This document shows, piece by piece, positions 17,710 to 27,130 of a DNA stretch of 32,000 nt (position 1 is its first letter; each line of letters starts with the position of its first letter). The stretch is from positions 58,092-90,091 of the forward strand of contig JANQLP010000162.1 of the NCBI GenBank assembly GCA_028280515.1, in the 5' to 3' direction. Below the pieces are notes generated by a model, which worked only from the letters and a program-made list of their open reading frames with translations, did not search any database and was not told the DNA's origin. A program made the translations under genes and the position numbers. The stretch is from Hyphomicrobiales bacterium. Lineage in GTDB: Bacteria; Pseudomonadota; Alphaproteobacteria; Rhizobiales; Methyloligellaceae.

Positions 17710-18234
17710 TCACCGGTTGGCGCACCGCTCCATATCGGGTGGATCCGCGCTTTGACGGACCATTACCCAGCGGCAGCTTTCAACAATCAGTTCCCCTTCG
17801 CGACCAGGCAGTGCTTCAGTCATGAAAATGGTATCTGCGGAAAAGCTCAGACCGTCTTCCGTCGGCAGGGCCGGCAGGATGCGAACCGACTCCTGATAGT
17901 CGAAATCCGGCCGGCACGCGGTCACGTAGCCTGAAACGCGGCCATCTGCCGTGACCGCCTTCCCCGTATACAAGGATGCCTTACGGCGCTTCAGCGCGAC
18001 GTCCCCGGCCGTCCAGGTGGCGATGTGAAGCCGATCGCCGTCCTGCAGAATCCGAATGTTCAGGGAAATTTGAAATGCCGCAGGCCGGCCGTCATCCGTC
18101 CGGTCACAGGCGACGACGCCGCTATAGGAGCCGGTTAAACTGGTCTCCACGCCGTATGCCGGGACGGCCAGAAGAAACAGCGCTGCGACTGCGCCTGCGT
18201 TTTGAAACGCCCTAGCGGCTTTCCATTTGCGCAT
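17710..18234 (-). CDS. secreted hypothetical protein
   Basis: N-terminal signal (AVAALFLLAVPAYG) and four Cys. I recognise no family. It overlaps the upstream gene by 23 nt. Confidence 0.5.
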   Translation of the reverse strand: MRKWKAARAFQNAGAVAALFLLAVPAYGVETSLTGSYSGVVACDRTDDGRPAAFQISLNIRILQDGDRLHIATWTAGDVALKRRKASLYTGKAVTADGRVSGYVTACRPDFDYQESVRILPALPTEDGLSFSADTIFMTEALPGREGELIVESCRWVMVRQSADPPDMERCANR

Positions 18235-18964
18235 AGTGCTTTGTGAATCCGGTCAAAGGCAGCGCCACGGCGATGTCCTTCTTCTGAAGGTTCTGGAATA
18301 TCGCTCTGAGCTGCTTTCCTTTTTTCATGCCCGTGAGCATTTGGTCCGAGATCGGCCCACTCGCAAAGCAACCGTTCTGGTTACACGTCTGCAGGACCAT
18401 CCCTTGCGGCTTTTGATCGTCGATCTGTAGTCTGACGCCTGCGGGCAGGTACAAACCGAACGGCGTCTGTACGAGAAGCGAGGGCTTCTTGGTCTTTGCC
18501 GGCAAGGTCACCGTGACCCTGAGCACCAGCTTGCGGTTCTGTTTCAGCACGACGGCGCGGGACATCTGGCAGTTGAAGCCGCTGCCGCCGGCGGCGTTCT
18601 GACACTGGATGTTCCAGTCCGGTCGTTGCTCCGGCGGTGTGGCGGCCTGCGCCGTGGTTGGCTGTGTGGTTCGCGGCGGGGCCGGATTGGCTTGTTGTGG
18701 CGCGACGGCCGGTTTGCGTTTCGGCGCGGGCGTCGGTGTACGCTTTTGCTCCGCCGGTGCAGGCGCCTGACCAGGGCTGGTGAACCAGCTCGGACCCTGC
18801 GCCAATGCCGGCGTTTCGGTCCCAGGCGCTAACATGACTGCTATGAAGCCGGCCAACATACCGGCCACCGTCCGACCCCTGGCAACCGGCCCGCGTTCAT
18901 CAAACGCCTTCACGACACTCACATCCCTGCACGCACTCATCATCGACCCAATACACAATCGCAT
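18212..18964 (-). CDS. invasion-associated locus B (IalB)-family protein with Pro/Ala-rich linker
   Basis: The C-terminal domain pattern W.IQC......FNCQMS......LVLRVTV.LP.......LVQTPFGLYLPAGVRLQIDD....MVLQTCNQNGCFA....D.M...MKKG is typical of IalB-like proteins. Start uncertain (18964, or internal Met before MLAGFIAVMLAPG). Confidence 0.7.
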   Translation of the reverse strand: MRLCIGSMMSACRDVSVVKAFDERGPVARGRTVAGMLAGFIAVMLAPGTETPALAQGPSWFTSPGQAPAPAEQKRTPTPAPKRKPAVAPQQANPAPPRTTQPTTAQAATPPEQRPDWNIQCQNAAGGSGFNCQMSRAVVLKQNRKLVLRVTVTLPAKTKKPSLLVQTPFGLYLPAGVRLQIDDQKPQGMVLQTCNQNGCFASGPISDQMLTGMKKGKQLRAIFQNLQKKDIAVALPLTGFTKHYAQMESR

Positions 18965-18998
18965 AACTCAAGATTTCCAGATAAACGCCCGTGCCGTG

Positions 18999-19697
18999 TC
19001 AGCCCGGCTGGCGGGCGCGCTGACCGAATAGCACGGATTTGGCGTCCTTGTCCTTGCGCAAATCCCATTTGGCGCGCTCATCCTTGCCGACTTCCACGGC
19101 GCGCGCCACGGCGGGACGGTCGTGAATGCGGACATACCAGGCCTCCAGATAAGGAAACTCCTTGAGGTCCTGGCCCTGACGCTTATAGGGGCGGACCCAC
19201 GGGTAGGCCGCCATGTCGGCGATCGAGTATTCGCCCGCGAGATAGTCATTGTCCCTGAGCTGAATGTTCATGACCCCGTAGAGCCGGTTCACCTCGTCCG
19301 TATAGCGGTTGATGGAATACTCGTGCGCATCGTCCGCATACTGGCGGAAGTGGTGAGCCTGACCGGCCATCGGACCGAGACCGCCCATCTGCCAGAACAA
19401 CCACTGGTCGACGTTGGCGCGCGCGCGCTCATCCTGAGGATAGAACTGGCCCGTCTTGCGTCCGAGATACTGAAGGATCGCGCCGGACTCGAAGATCGAA
19501 AGCGGTTCACCGCCGGGCCCGTCGTGATCGACGATTGCCGGCATCCGGTTGTTCGGAGCGATCTTCAGAAACGCTTCGTCAAACTGATCGCCGCGCCCGA
19601 TATTGATGTATTTGACGTCGTAGGGAAGGCCCGTTTCCTCCAGAAAGATAGTGATTTTGAAGCCGTTCGGAGTCGGCCAGAAATACAGGTCAATCAT
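18999..19697 (-). CDS. glutathione S-transferase (Nu-class, YfcG/YghU-like)
   Basis: MIDLYFWPTPNGFKITIFLEETGLPY...NNRMPAIVDHDGPGG.PLSIFESGAILQYL is the characteristic N-terminal thioredoxin-like domain of this class. Confidence 0.85.
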   Translation of the reverse strand: MIDLYFWPTPNGFKITIFLEETGLPYDVKYINIGRGDQFDEAFLKIAPNNRMPAIVDHDGPGGEPLSIFESGAILQYLGRKTGQFYPQDERARANVDQWLFWQMGGLGPMAGQAHHFRQYADDAHEYSINRYTDEVNRLYGVMNIQLRDNDYLAGEYSIADMAAYPWVRPYKRQGQDLKEFPYLEAWYVRIHDRPAVARAVEVGKDERAKWDLRKDKDAKSVLFGQRARQPG

Positions 19698-19766
19698 TTG
19701 CTTAAACCCTAAAGTTTGGAAGACTGTTCAAGGCAGCCGGCGCCGCCACCGGACACGTTCAAGAGC

Positions 19767-20741
19767 TTACGGCAGCAGCACTGTCGAGCCGGTTGTCTTG
19801 CGGCCCTCCAGATCGATGTGCGCCTGCGTCGCCTCGGCCAGTGGATAGGTCTGGTTGATCTCGATCTTGACGTCGCCCGAACTCACCACGTCAAACAAGG
19901 CGCCCGAGAGTTCTTCCAGGTCGGCACGGTCCGCGATGTGGGTGAAGAGCGTCGGGCGGGTCGCATAGAGCGATCCCTTCTGCGCCAGCAGGCCCATGTT
20001 GATATCGGGCAGCGGTCCGGACGCCTGACCGAACGTGGCCCACAGGCCGAACTTCTTGAGGCAATCGAGGGATGCGGGAAACGTGTCCTTGCCGATGGAG
20101 TCGTAGACCACATCGCAGCCCTTGCCGTCGGTCAGTTCCTTGACGCGTTCCACGAAATCTTCGTCGCGGTAGTTGATGGTGTGCGTGCACCCAAGTGACT
20201 CTGCCAGCTCCGCCTTTTCTGCGGATCCGACCGTACCGATCATGGTGGCGCCGAGCTTCTTTGCCCATTGGCATACGATCAGGCCGACGCCGCCGGCAGC
20301 GGCATGGAACAGGAACGTCGTTTCGGGCCCCACCTTATAGGTGCGTAACAGCAAATAGGCCGCAGTCATACCCTTAAGCATCATGGCCGCACCGGTCCGG
20401 TCCTCAATCCCGTCGGGAAGCACAACCAGCCTGTCGGCGGGCACGATGCGCTCCTCAGCGTAGGACCCGATCGCGCCGCAATAGGCAACCCGATCGCCGG
20501 GCTTGACGTGGGAGACACCCTCGCCCACGGCGACAACCTCGCCCGCGCCTTCCATGCCCGGCGTGAACGGCATCGTCTCTTGCGGATAGGTTCCGGTGCG
20601 GAAATAGACATCGATGTAATTCAGCCCGACGCCTGTCTGCTTGAGCCGCGCCTCGCCGGGACCCGGGTCGCCGACCTCGACCTCCTCCCACTTCATGACC
20701 TCGGGGCCGCCGGTCTCGTGAATTTGAATCGCATGCGTCAT
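19767..20741 (-). CDS. qor: NADPH:quinone oxidoreductase (zeta-crystallin-like MDR)
   Basis: ATG at 20741 gives 324 aa (MTHAIQIHETGGPEVMKWEEVEVGDPGPGEARLKQTGVGLNYIDVYFRTGTYP) with AAGGVG nucleotide motif. The upstream extension to 21032 overlaps the divergent EamA gene. Confidence 0.85.
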   Translation of the reverse strand: MTHAIQIHETGGPEVMKWEEVEVGDPGPGEARLKQTGVGLNYIDVYFRTGTYPQETMPFTPGMEGAGEVVAVGEGVSHVKPGDRVAYCGAIGSYAEERIVPADRLVVLPDGIEDRTGAAMMLKGMTAAYLLLRTYKVGPETTFLFHAAAGGVGLIVCQWAKKLGATMIGTVGSAEKAELAESLGCTHTINYRDEDFVERVKELTDGKGCDVVYDSIGKDTFPASLDCLKKFGLWATFGQASGPLPDINMGLLAQKGSLYATRPTLFTHIADRADLEELSGALFDVVSSGDVKIEINQTYPLAEATQAHIDLEGRKTTGSTVLLP

Positions 20742-20935
20742 GGTACGAACACCCTCTGTTAAACTCGATTTTCCGGCGACATTAGCAGTATTGACCGCGT
20801 CGCGCGCTAGCCCCGTTCCCGCCTCGTGCGAAAAACTGCTTCCTCGCCCATCTGCCCGGCCTCGCAAGAATTGGGTGGCCTCTCTCCCGATCAGGCAGTA
20901 CCCCTTGGCCGTCGCGTCATGATCGGGAGGGACAT

Positions 20936-21826
20936 GTGGGACTGGCGGACTGGCTCCGGATATTGCTGCTGTCGCTCCTTTGGGGCAGCTCGTTCTTCTA
21001 CATCGAGATTGCTCTGCAATCCTCCGGACCACTGACCATCGTCCTTGCGCGCGTTGCTCTCGCGGCGACAGCGCTGATGCTCTATTGCAAACTGCGCGGC
21101 ACGCCCATTGCGCTCAATCGCCGCGTTCTGGGCAGTCTGTGCGTCCTGGCTCTTCTCGGGAGCGTTCTGCCCTTTTCGCTCATCACGGCCGGTCAAACCC
21201 AAATCGAGAGCGGCCTGACCGCCATTCTGATCGCGGCGACCCCGTTCTTTACCGTTCTGCTCGGACACGTGTGGTCCCGCATGGAGCCCGCGACGCTTCC
21301 GAAGATCGCCGGCATACTCATCGGAATGGCGGGCGTCGCAGTGCTCATGGGAGTCGATGTCGGACAGGGACTTTCGGGAAGTCTCATCGGGCAATTGGCA
21401 GTTCTCACCGCCGCGTTCGTTTATGCGTCCTCGGCCCTCTACGCCCGCCGTTTCCGGGAGATGCCTCCGTCGCTCCTGTCTGCGTGGATGCTGACGTTTT
21501 CGACGCTGATCCTGGCGCCCGTTGCTTTCCTGATGGAGCGCCCGTTCGAGACGTTCCCTGAGCCGTCAGGGCTTGCCGCAATTGCCGCCCTCGCCCTTCT
21601 CTCGACGGCATTCGCCTACCTGCTCTATTTCCGCGTCCTCGCCAGCGCAGGCGCGACGAACGCGATGCTCGTTACTTTCGTGCAACCGCTGGTGGCTGTC
21701 CTGCTCGGCGTACTGTTCCTGCATGAGCGTTTCGAGGTGCATCACCTTGCCGGGATGATGCTGATCTTCATCGGCCTGGCGCTGGTGGATGGCCGTGTTG
21801 TTCGTTATGTCGCTAGGCGCGCGTGA
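20936..21826 (+). CDS. EamA/DMT-family transporter
   Basis: GTG 20936 is preceded by GGAGG. About 10 TM segments with the two EamA repeats. Confidence 0.8.
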   Translation: MGLADWLRILLLSLLWGSSFFYIEIALQSSGPLTIVLARVALAATALMLYCKLRGTPIALNRRVLGSLCVLALLGSVLPFSLITAGQTQIESGLTAILIAATPFFTVLLGHVWSRMEPATLPKIAGILIGMAGVAVLMGVDVGQGLSGSLIGQLAVLTAAFVYASSALYARRFREMPPSLLSAWMLTFSTLILAPVAFLMERPFETFPEPSGLAAIAALALLSTAFAYLLYFRVLASAGATNAMLVTFVQPLVAVLLGVLFLHERFEVHHLAGMMLIFIGLALVDGRVVRYVARRA

Positions 21827-21833
21827 GCGCTGA

Positions 21834-23315
21834 TCAACCCTCACCGACGTCCAGTTTCTCCCGGAGCAGCTGATTGACCATTTGCGGATTGGCCTTGCCG
21901 CCGGTCTTCTGCATGACCTGACCAACGAACCAGCCGAGCGTCTGCGGCTTGGATTTGACCTGCTCGACCTGTTTCGGGTTGGCGGCGATCACTTCATCCA
22001 CCACCTTCTCGATCTCTCCCGTGTCGGTGACCTGCTTGAGGCCGCGTTCCTCGACGAGCTTCGCCGGATCATCTCCCGTCTCCCATACGAGGTCGTACAG
22101 ATCCTTGGCGATCTTGCCTGAGATGGTCCCGTCGGCCGTCATTTTCAGGATCGAGGTGTTGGCCTCGGCCGACACGGGCGCATCTTCGAAGTCGATGCCT
22201 TCCTTGTTGACCCGGCCAAGATGCTGGTTGAGCACCCAGTTCACGGCCGCGCCCGGATCGGCACCCAATCCCACCATCTTCTCGAAATAGTCGGCCCGCT
22301 CCTTCTCCGCGACCAGAACCTCCGCATCGTAATGCTGCAGGCTCCACTCCTTCATGAACCGTGCCTTCTTCTGATCGGGCAGTTCCGGCAGGTGTCCCGC
22401 CAGATCGTCGACATAGGCTTGCGTGAACTCCAGCGGCAACAAGTCGGGATCGGGGAAATAGCGATAGTCGTGCGCCTCTTCCTTGGTGCGCATGGAACGG
22501 GTTTCGCCGGTCCTGGGATCGAACAGGCGCGTCTCCTGCTCGATTTCGCCGCCATCCTCGATAATCTCGATCTGACGGCGGGCTTCATATTCGATGGCCT
22601 GGCCGATGAAGCGGATGGAGTTGACGTTCTTGATCTCGCAGCGTGTGCCAAGGTCCGCCCCCGGACGCCGCACGGAGACGTTCACATCCGCCCTGAGCGA
22701 CCCCTCTTCCATGTTCCCGTCGCACGTTCCGAGGTAGCGTAGGATCGAGCGCAACTTGGAAACGTAAGCCTGCGCCTGGGCCGAGGATCGGATGTCCGGC
22801 TTGGACACGATTTCCATCAAAGCGACGCCGGAGCGGTTGAGATCGACGTAGGACGATTTCGGGTCCTGATCGTGCAGGCTCTTGCCGGCATCCTGCTCGA
22901 GGTGAAGACGCTCGATGCCGACACGGACTTCCTCGTCGTCCTCCATGTCGAGCAAGACCTCGCCCTCGCCGACGATGGGCTGGGTGAACTGGGAGATCTG
23001 ATAGCCCTGCGGCAGGTCGGGATAGAAATAGTTCTTGCGGTCGAACACCGAGCGCAGATTGATCCTGGCATTGAGGCCGAGGCCGGTACGGACCGCCTGC
23101 GCGACACACTCTTCGTTGATCACCGGCAACATGCCCGGCATGGCGGCATCCACGAGGCTGACATGGGCATTCGGTTCGCCGCCGAACTCGGTCGAAGCCC
23201 CGGAAAAAAGCTTGGCTTGTGAGGTGACCTGCGCATGGACCTCCATGCCGATGACCATCTCCCAGTCGCCGGTCGACGAGTTGATCAGGTGCGTCGGGCT
23301 GTTGTCATTTGCCAT
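21834..23315 (-). CDS. gatB: aspartyl/glutamyl-tRNA(Asn/Gln) amidotransferase subunit B
   Basis: Full-length GatB: [59 protein letters not shown], and the C-terminal YqeY-like tail. Confidence 0.95.
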   Translation of the reverse strand: MANDNSPTHLINSSTGDWEMVIGMEVHAQVTSQAKLFSGASTEFGGEPNAHVSLVDAAMPGMLPVINEECVAQAVRTGLGLNARINLRSVFDRKNYFYPDLPQGYQISQFTQPIVGEGEVLLDMEDDEEVRVGIERLHLEQDAGKSLHDQDPKSSYVDLNRSGVALMEIVSKPDIRSSAQAQAYVSKLRSILRYLGTCDGNMEEGSLRADVNVSVRRPGADLGTRCEIKNVNSIRFIGQAIEYEARRQIEIIEDGGEIEQETRLFDPRTGETRSMRTKEEAHDYRYFPDPDLLPLEFTQAYVDDLAGHLPELPDQKKARFMKEWSLQHYDAEVLVAEKERADYFEKMVGLGADPGAAVNWVLNQHLGRVNKEGIDFEDAPVSAEANTSILKMTADGTISGKIAKDLYDLVWETGDDPAKLVEERGLKQVTDTGEIEKVVDEVIAANPKQVEQVKSKPQTLGWFVGQVMQKTGGKANPQMVNQLLREKLDVGEG

Positions 23316-23616
23316 CTAACGCCTCACGCAGTTTCTCTTCCTCATACTGGATGAACCAGCCGATCATCTGCCGCCAAAGCGCCTCGGCGAGCTCCGGCGG
23401 CAGATCCTTTTCCTCCGCCTGCGCCCGCACCTTGTCGACGACCTGCTGGATGCGCCAGGGTACGACCGCGTCTTCCGGATTTTTCTTCAGTTGCCAGGCC
23501 CGGTCGACATATCCGAAACGCTCCGCGATCAGCTCGACAAGTACCCGATCGAGCCGGTCGATCTCGACGCGAACATGATCCATGCTTTCACACTCTTCCG
23601 GTTTGCGCGGTGCCAT
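23305..23616 (-). CDS. AroQ-class (type II) chorismate mutase-like protein
   Basis: 103 aa, all helical. [13 protein letters not shown] matches the N-terminal helix motif of AroQ/PchB-type mutases. AGGAA lies 8 nt upstream. The 3' end overlaps the gatB start by 11 nt. Confidence 0.65.
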   Translation of the reverse strand: MAPRKPEECESMDHVRVEIDRLDRVLVELIAERFGYVDRAWQLKKNPEDAVVPWRIQQVVDKVRAQAEEKDLPPELAEALWRQMIGWFIQYEEEKLREALDGK

Positions 23617-23631
23617 AGTGCCGTTTCCTAT

Positions 23632-24066
23632 CTAATCCGTTGCCGCCCAGGCATTCTGCCAGTTTTCGTCACCCTCGACGATCAGGGCGTCCGCCTCGAT
23701 CTCGATCATCCAGTCGGGATCGAGCAATCCCGACACTTCAACCATTGTGGCCGCCGGGCGGATGTCGCCAAAGACTTCGCCATGCGCGCGGCCGACCTGC
23801 TCCCAGAGCGAGGCGTCGGTCAGAAACATGCGCGTGCGCACGACATGTCTGAGGTCGGCGCCCGCTTCATGCAATGCCTCGCCAATGACCTCCAGACATC
23901 GCCGCGTCTGCGCCGCCGCATCGCCGACGCCAACCGTCTTGCCGTCCGGCCCGATGGGCGCGGACCCGCTCACGAACACCATGTTCCCGACACGCACCGC
24001 GCGCGAAAAACCGATCGGCTTCTCATAGGGGCTTCCCGAGGAGACCAGTTGCCGGTTTTCGCTCAT
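23632..24066 (-). CDS. RidA/YjgF/L-PSP family protein
   Basis: [19 protein letters not shown]...[35 protein letters not shown]...[10 protein letters not shown]....[11 protein letters not shown] 24066 overlaps the gatA stop (ATGA). There is an alternative GTG at 24078. Confidence 0.85.
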   Translation of the reverse strand: MSENRQLVSSGSPYEKPIGFSRAVRVGNMVFVSGSAPIGPDGKTVGVGDAAAQTRRCLEVIGEALHEAGADLRHVVRTRMFLTDASLWEQVGRAHGEVFGDIRPAATMVEVSGLLDPDWMIEIEADALIVEGDENWQNAWAATD

Positions 24067-25547
24067 GACGTGCTCCACCAGTTTTCGGGCTCGGGCAGTT
24101 TTCCGGCAGCCTGCTCGATCACGTGTCCCACGCGGAACAGCATCTCTTCATCGAATGCCCTGGAGATGAGCTGAAGCCCGAGCGGCGTGCCCTCGCCGGA
24201 CAGCCCTCCGGGGATCGAGATCCCCGGCAAGCCGGACATGTTGGCGGGCACCGTGAAAATGTCGTTCAGATACATCTCGATCGGGTCACCGGACTTCTCG
24301 CCAAGCGCAAAGGCCGGCCCTGGTGTCGCCGGGGTGAGGAGCACGTCGACATCTTCGAAGACCTGCTCGAAGTCCCGCTTGATGAGCGTACGCACCCGCT
24401 GCGCTTTGAGATAGTAGGCGTCATAGTACCCGGCGGACAGCACGTAGGTGCCGATCAGCACACGCCGCTTGACCTCCGCGCCGAACCCGGCGGCGCGCGT
24501 CTTTTCGTACATGTCGACGATATCGTCGCCCTCGATCCGCAAGCCATACCGCACGCCGTCATAACGCGCGAGGTTCGACGAGGCCTCCGCCGGTGCGACG
24601 ATGTAATAGGCGGGCAGCGCATACTTCGTGTGCGGCAGGCTGACGTCGGAAATCTCCGCCCCGGCATCCTTGAGCCAGTCGATGCCCGTTTGCCACAGAG
24701 CTTCGATCTCCGCCGGCATGCCCTCCATGCTGTACTCCCTGGGGATGCCGACCTTCAGGCCTTTGATGCTCTCACCGACCGCCGCCTCGTAGTCGGGTAC
24801 GGGCATGTTGACGCTGGTCGTGTCCTTTTCGTCGTAACCGGCCATGGCGCCGAGCATGATCGCGGAGTCCCGCACCGTCCGCGTGATCGGGCCGGCTTGG
24901 TCAAGCGATGAGGCGAACGCGACAATGCCCCAGCGCGAACAGCGCCCGTAGGTCGGTTTCAGGCCCACGGTGCCCGTCAGCGAAGCCGGTTGGCGGATCG
25001 AACCGCCGGTATCCGTCGCCGTGGCACCCTGGGCCAGACAGGCCGCGACCGCGCTCGCCGACCCGCCGGACGATCCGCCCGGAACGAGCTTCGCATCGCT
25101 TCCCGAACGCCGCCATGGATTGATGACGGGTTCGTAGTAGCTCGTTTCGTTGGAAGACCCCATGGCGAACTCGTCGCAGTTGAGCTTGCCGAGCATCACC
25201 GCGCCAGCGTTCCAGAGGTTCCGCGTGACAGTCGATTCATAGCCCGGCTCGAACCCGTCGAGGATGTGCGAACAGGCCGTGGTCCGCACACCCTTCGTGC
25301 AGAACAGGTCCTTGATGCCGAGCGGAATTCCCTCCAACGGTCCCGCCTCGCCTTTTGCCAGCCGCTCGTCGCTCGCCCGCGCCATCTCAAGCGCATGATC
25401 CGGCGTCGGCAGAATGAACGCGTTCAGCGCCGCGTTGCCGCCGTCAATGGCCTGAATGTGCGCCTGCGTCAGCTCCTCGGCCGACAGCTCCCTGGCTGCC
25501 AATGCGTCGCGTGTTTCGGCTATGGAGAGACGCGTGGGATCGCTCAC
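24063..25547 (-). CDS. gatA: glutamyl-tRNA(Gln)/aspartyl-tRNA(Asn) amidotransferase subunit A
   Basis: Amidase signature [13 protein letters not shown] with [11 protein letters not shown], 494 aa, colinear with GatA. Confidence 0.95.
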   Translation of the reverse strand: MSDPTRLSIAETRDALAARELSAEELTQAHIQAIDGGNAALNAFILPTPDHALEMARASDERLAKGEAGPLEGIPLGIKDLFCTKGVRTTACSHILDGFEPGYESTVTRNLWNAGAVMLGKLNCDEFAMGSSNETSYYEPVINPWRRSGSDAKLVPGGSSGGSASAVAACLAQGATATDTGGSIRQPASLTGTVGLKPTYGRCSRWGIVAFASSLDQAGPITRTVRDSAIMLGAMAGYDEKDTTSVNMPVPDYEAAVGESIKGLKVGIPREYSMEGMPAEIEALWQTGIDWLKDAGAEISDVSLPHTKYALPAYYIVAPAEASSNLARYDGVRYGLRIEGDDIVDMYEKTRAAGFGAEVKRRVLIGTYVLSAGYYDAYYLKAQRVRTLIKRDFEQVFEDVDVLLTPATPGPAFALGEKSGDPIEMYLNDIFTVPANMSGLPGISIPGGLSGEGTPLGLQLISRAFDEEMLFRVGHVIEQAAGKLPEPENWWSTS

Positions 25548-25551
25548 CGGC

Positions 25552-25839
25552 TCACTCCACGACCTTGGGTACGACGAAGAACGTGCCCGCGTGTTGCGGG
25601 GCGTTTCGAACGATTTCTTCCGGATACCCGCCGTCCGTCACCTTGTCCGTACGCATGTGCATTTCCATCTCGGTGACGCACGTCATCGGCTCGACACCGT
25701 CGGTCTCCACCTCGTCCAGCTGTTCGACCCAGTCGAGGATACCGGTGAGTTCGCCCTTGAGCGTCTTCGCCTCCGCATCGTCGACCTTGATGCGTGCGAG
25801 CCGGGCGATCTTGCGCACCGTCGCGTCGTCAATTTCCAT
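25552..25839 (-). CDS. gatC: aspartyl/glutamyl-tRNA amidotransferase subunit C
   Basis: ATG at 25839 gives 95 aa ([24 protein letters not shown]...[22 protein letters not shown]). It ends 4 nt upstream of gatA. Confidence 0.9.
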   Translation of the reverse strand: MEIDDATVRKIARLARIKVDDAEAKTLKGELTGILDWVEQLDEVETDGVEPMTCVTEMEMHMRTDKVTDGGYPEEIVRNAPQHAGTFFVVPKVVE

Positions 25840-25932
25840 GAAGTCGCCTTCACTCTTGAAAGTCGATTGTTGAGGGTGCACTCATAGCTCGCGCGATATC
25901 CCTGCGCAACACAGCTGACACGGGAACCGGCA

Positions 25933-26415
25933 ATGGCCGAATTGAGCGATGCCAACAAGCGGTTCGTCGACGGCGCGAAGAGCTGCGGCATCGACGTCGA
26001 GATTCGCGTCATGGCGGACAGCACACGGACAGCCGAGGACGCGGCCCGGGCGTGCGGCTGCACCGTGGAGCGGATCGTCAAGTCGCTCGTCTTTCAAGGG
26101 GCGCGGAGCGGAAAGCCGTACCTTCTGCTCGTGTCCGGTCCCAACCGCGTGAACGAGAAAGGCGTCGCCGCCACGATCGGCGAGCCGCTCGCCAGGCCCG
26201 ATGCGGACTTCGTTCGGGAAACAACAGGGTATGCCATCGGCGGTATCCCGCCGCTGGCCCACAAGACGCCGCTCGCTACCTATATGGACGGCGACCTGCT
26301 TGCCTTCGAAACGGTCTGGGCCGCGGCCGGTACGCCGAAGGCGGTGTTCGAGGTGTCCCCCGCCACGCTTCGCGATGCAGCAGGCGCGGAGGTCATTGAC
26401 GTGACGGGCGGCTGA
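25933..26415 (+). CDS. YbaK/EbsC-type aminoacyl-tRNA editing domain protein
   Basis: 160 aa. T.EDAARA.G....RIVKSLVF......YLLLVSG..RV and GYAIGGIPPL match the YbaK/ProX deacylase fold pattern. Confidence 0.8.
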   Translation: MAELSDANKRFVDGAKSCGIDVEIRVMADSTRTAEDAARACGCTVERIVKSLVFQGARSGKPYLLLVSGPNRVNEKGVAATIGEPLARPDADFVRETTGYAIGGIPPLAHKTPLATYMDGDLLAFETVWAAAGTPKAVFEVSPATLRDAAGAEVIDVTGG

Positions 26416-26438
26416 GCGCGGGGCCTTTTAGAAGCGAA

Positions 26439-26468
26439 GAGCCGCTCACCCGTGAGGGTGAACGGCTC
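26439..26468. terminator. strong hairpin downstream of the YbaK-like gene
   Basis: GAGCCGCTCACCC (26439-26451) pairs with GGGTGAACGGCTC (26456-26468), 13 bp with one mismatch and a GTGA loop. No clean U-run. Confidence 0.4.
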
Positions 26469-26573
26469 GACGACTGGATGAAGTACGTCAGATTTTTTGG
26501 GGTCGGGACGGACCGTCAGACTCCGAAACAACCGGTCCGCCACGACCTCCCAATGCAATCCAAAGAGGACTGC

Positions 26574-26693
26574 TTAGTTGCCGACCAGCGACTGCATGTA
26601 CCAGAACTTGTCCGCCTTCGTGATGGCGTACGCGGCGTTGGTCATGACAAACGCGGAAACGGTCAAAGCGAGAGCTGTGAGGGTGGTCTTCAT
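26574..26693 (-). CDS. 39-aa small protein with signal-peptide/TM-like N-terminus
   Basis: Perfect AAGGAG lies 8 nt upstream of ATG 26693. Sequence: MKTTLTALALTVSAFVMTNAAYA/ITKADKFWYMQSLVGN. The 78-aa track ORF is an upstream extension. Confidence 0.5.
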   Translation of the reverse strand: MKTTLTALALTVSAFVMTNAAYAITKADKFWYMQSLVGN

Positions 26694-27067
26694 AGGATAT
26701 ACTCCTTCGTTCTTTTCATTCACGTTCACACCACCGGCTCTAGGCGGTTGGGAGGAAGCCCGCCGGCGTGCCCTATCATTTGGGGTGGGTGACCGCGGAA
26801 GGAAGGACATCTCGCGGGCGTGTCATAATTGTTGTCCGCACGGCGTGCGTGAGCGGGAAACAGCGCCTTGAAGTGACGGATTGCACACGAGCACGCCGCT
26901 TCCGCCGCCGCAGATTTTTCGCTGAAATCCAAGCTATTCGGGGTCGCCTGACGCGCGGATTACCGTCATGTAACGTTCATCACACTGATTTTTGGACCGA
27001 ACCTGAAACCGTTCGGCGCCGGCGTTCGTTCGCACCCGCACTCAACCGAAATGGACCGGCGTTTCCG

Positions 27068-27098
27068 GCGGCAGGCGTGACAATTACGCCCCCGCCGC
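27068..27098 (-). terminator. hairpin downstream of the DHDPS-family gene
   Basis: GCGGC-A-GGCGT (27068-27078) pairs with ACGCC-CCC-GCCGC (27086-27098). It lies 33 nt beyond the stop at 27131. No U-run. Confidence 0.25.
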
Positions 27099-27130
27099 TC
27101 ACCTTCACCTGTAAACAGACCGCTCCTGCC

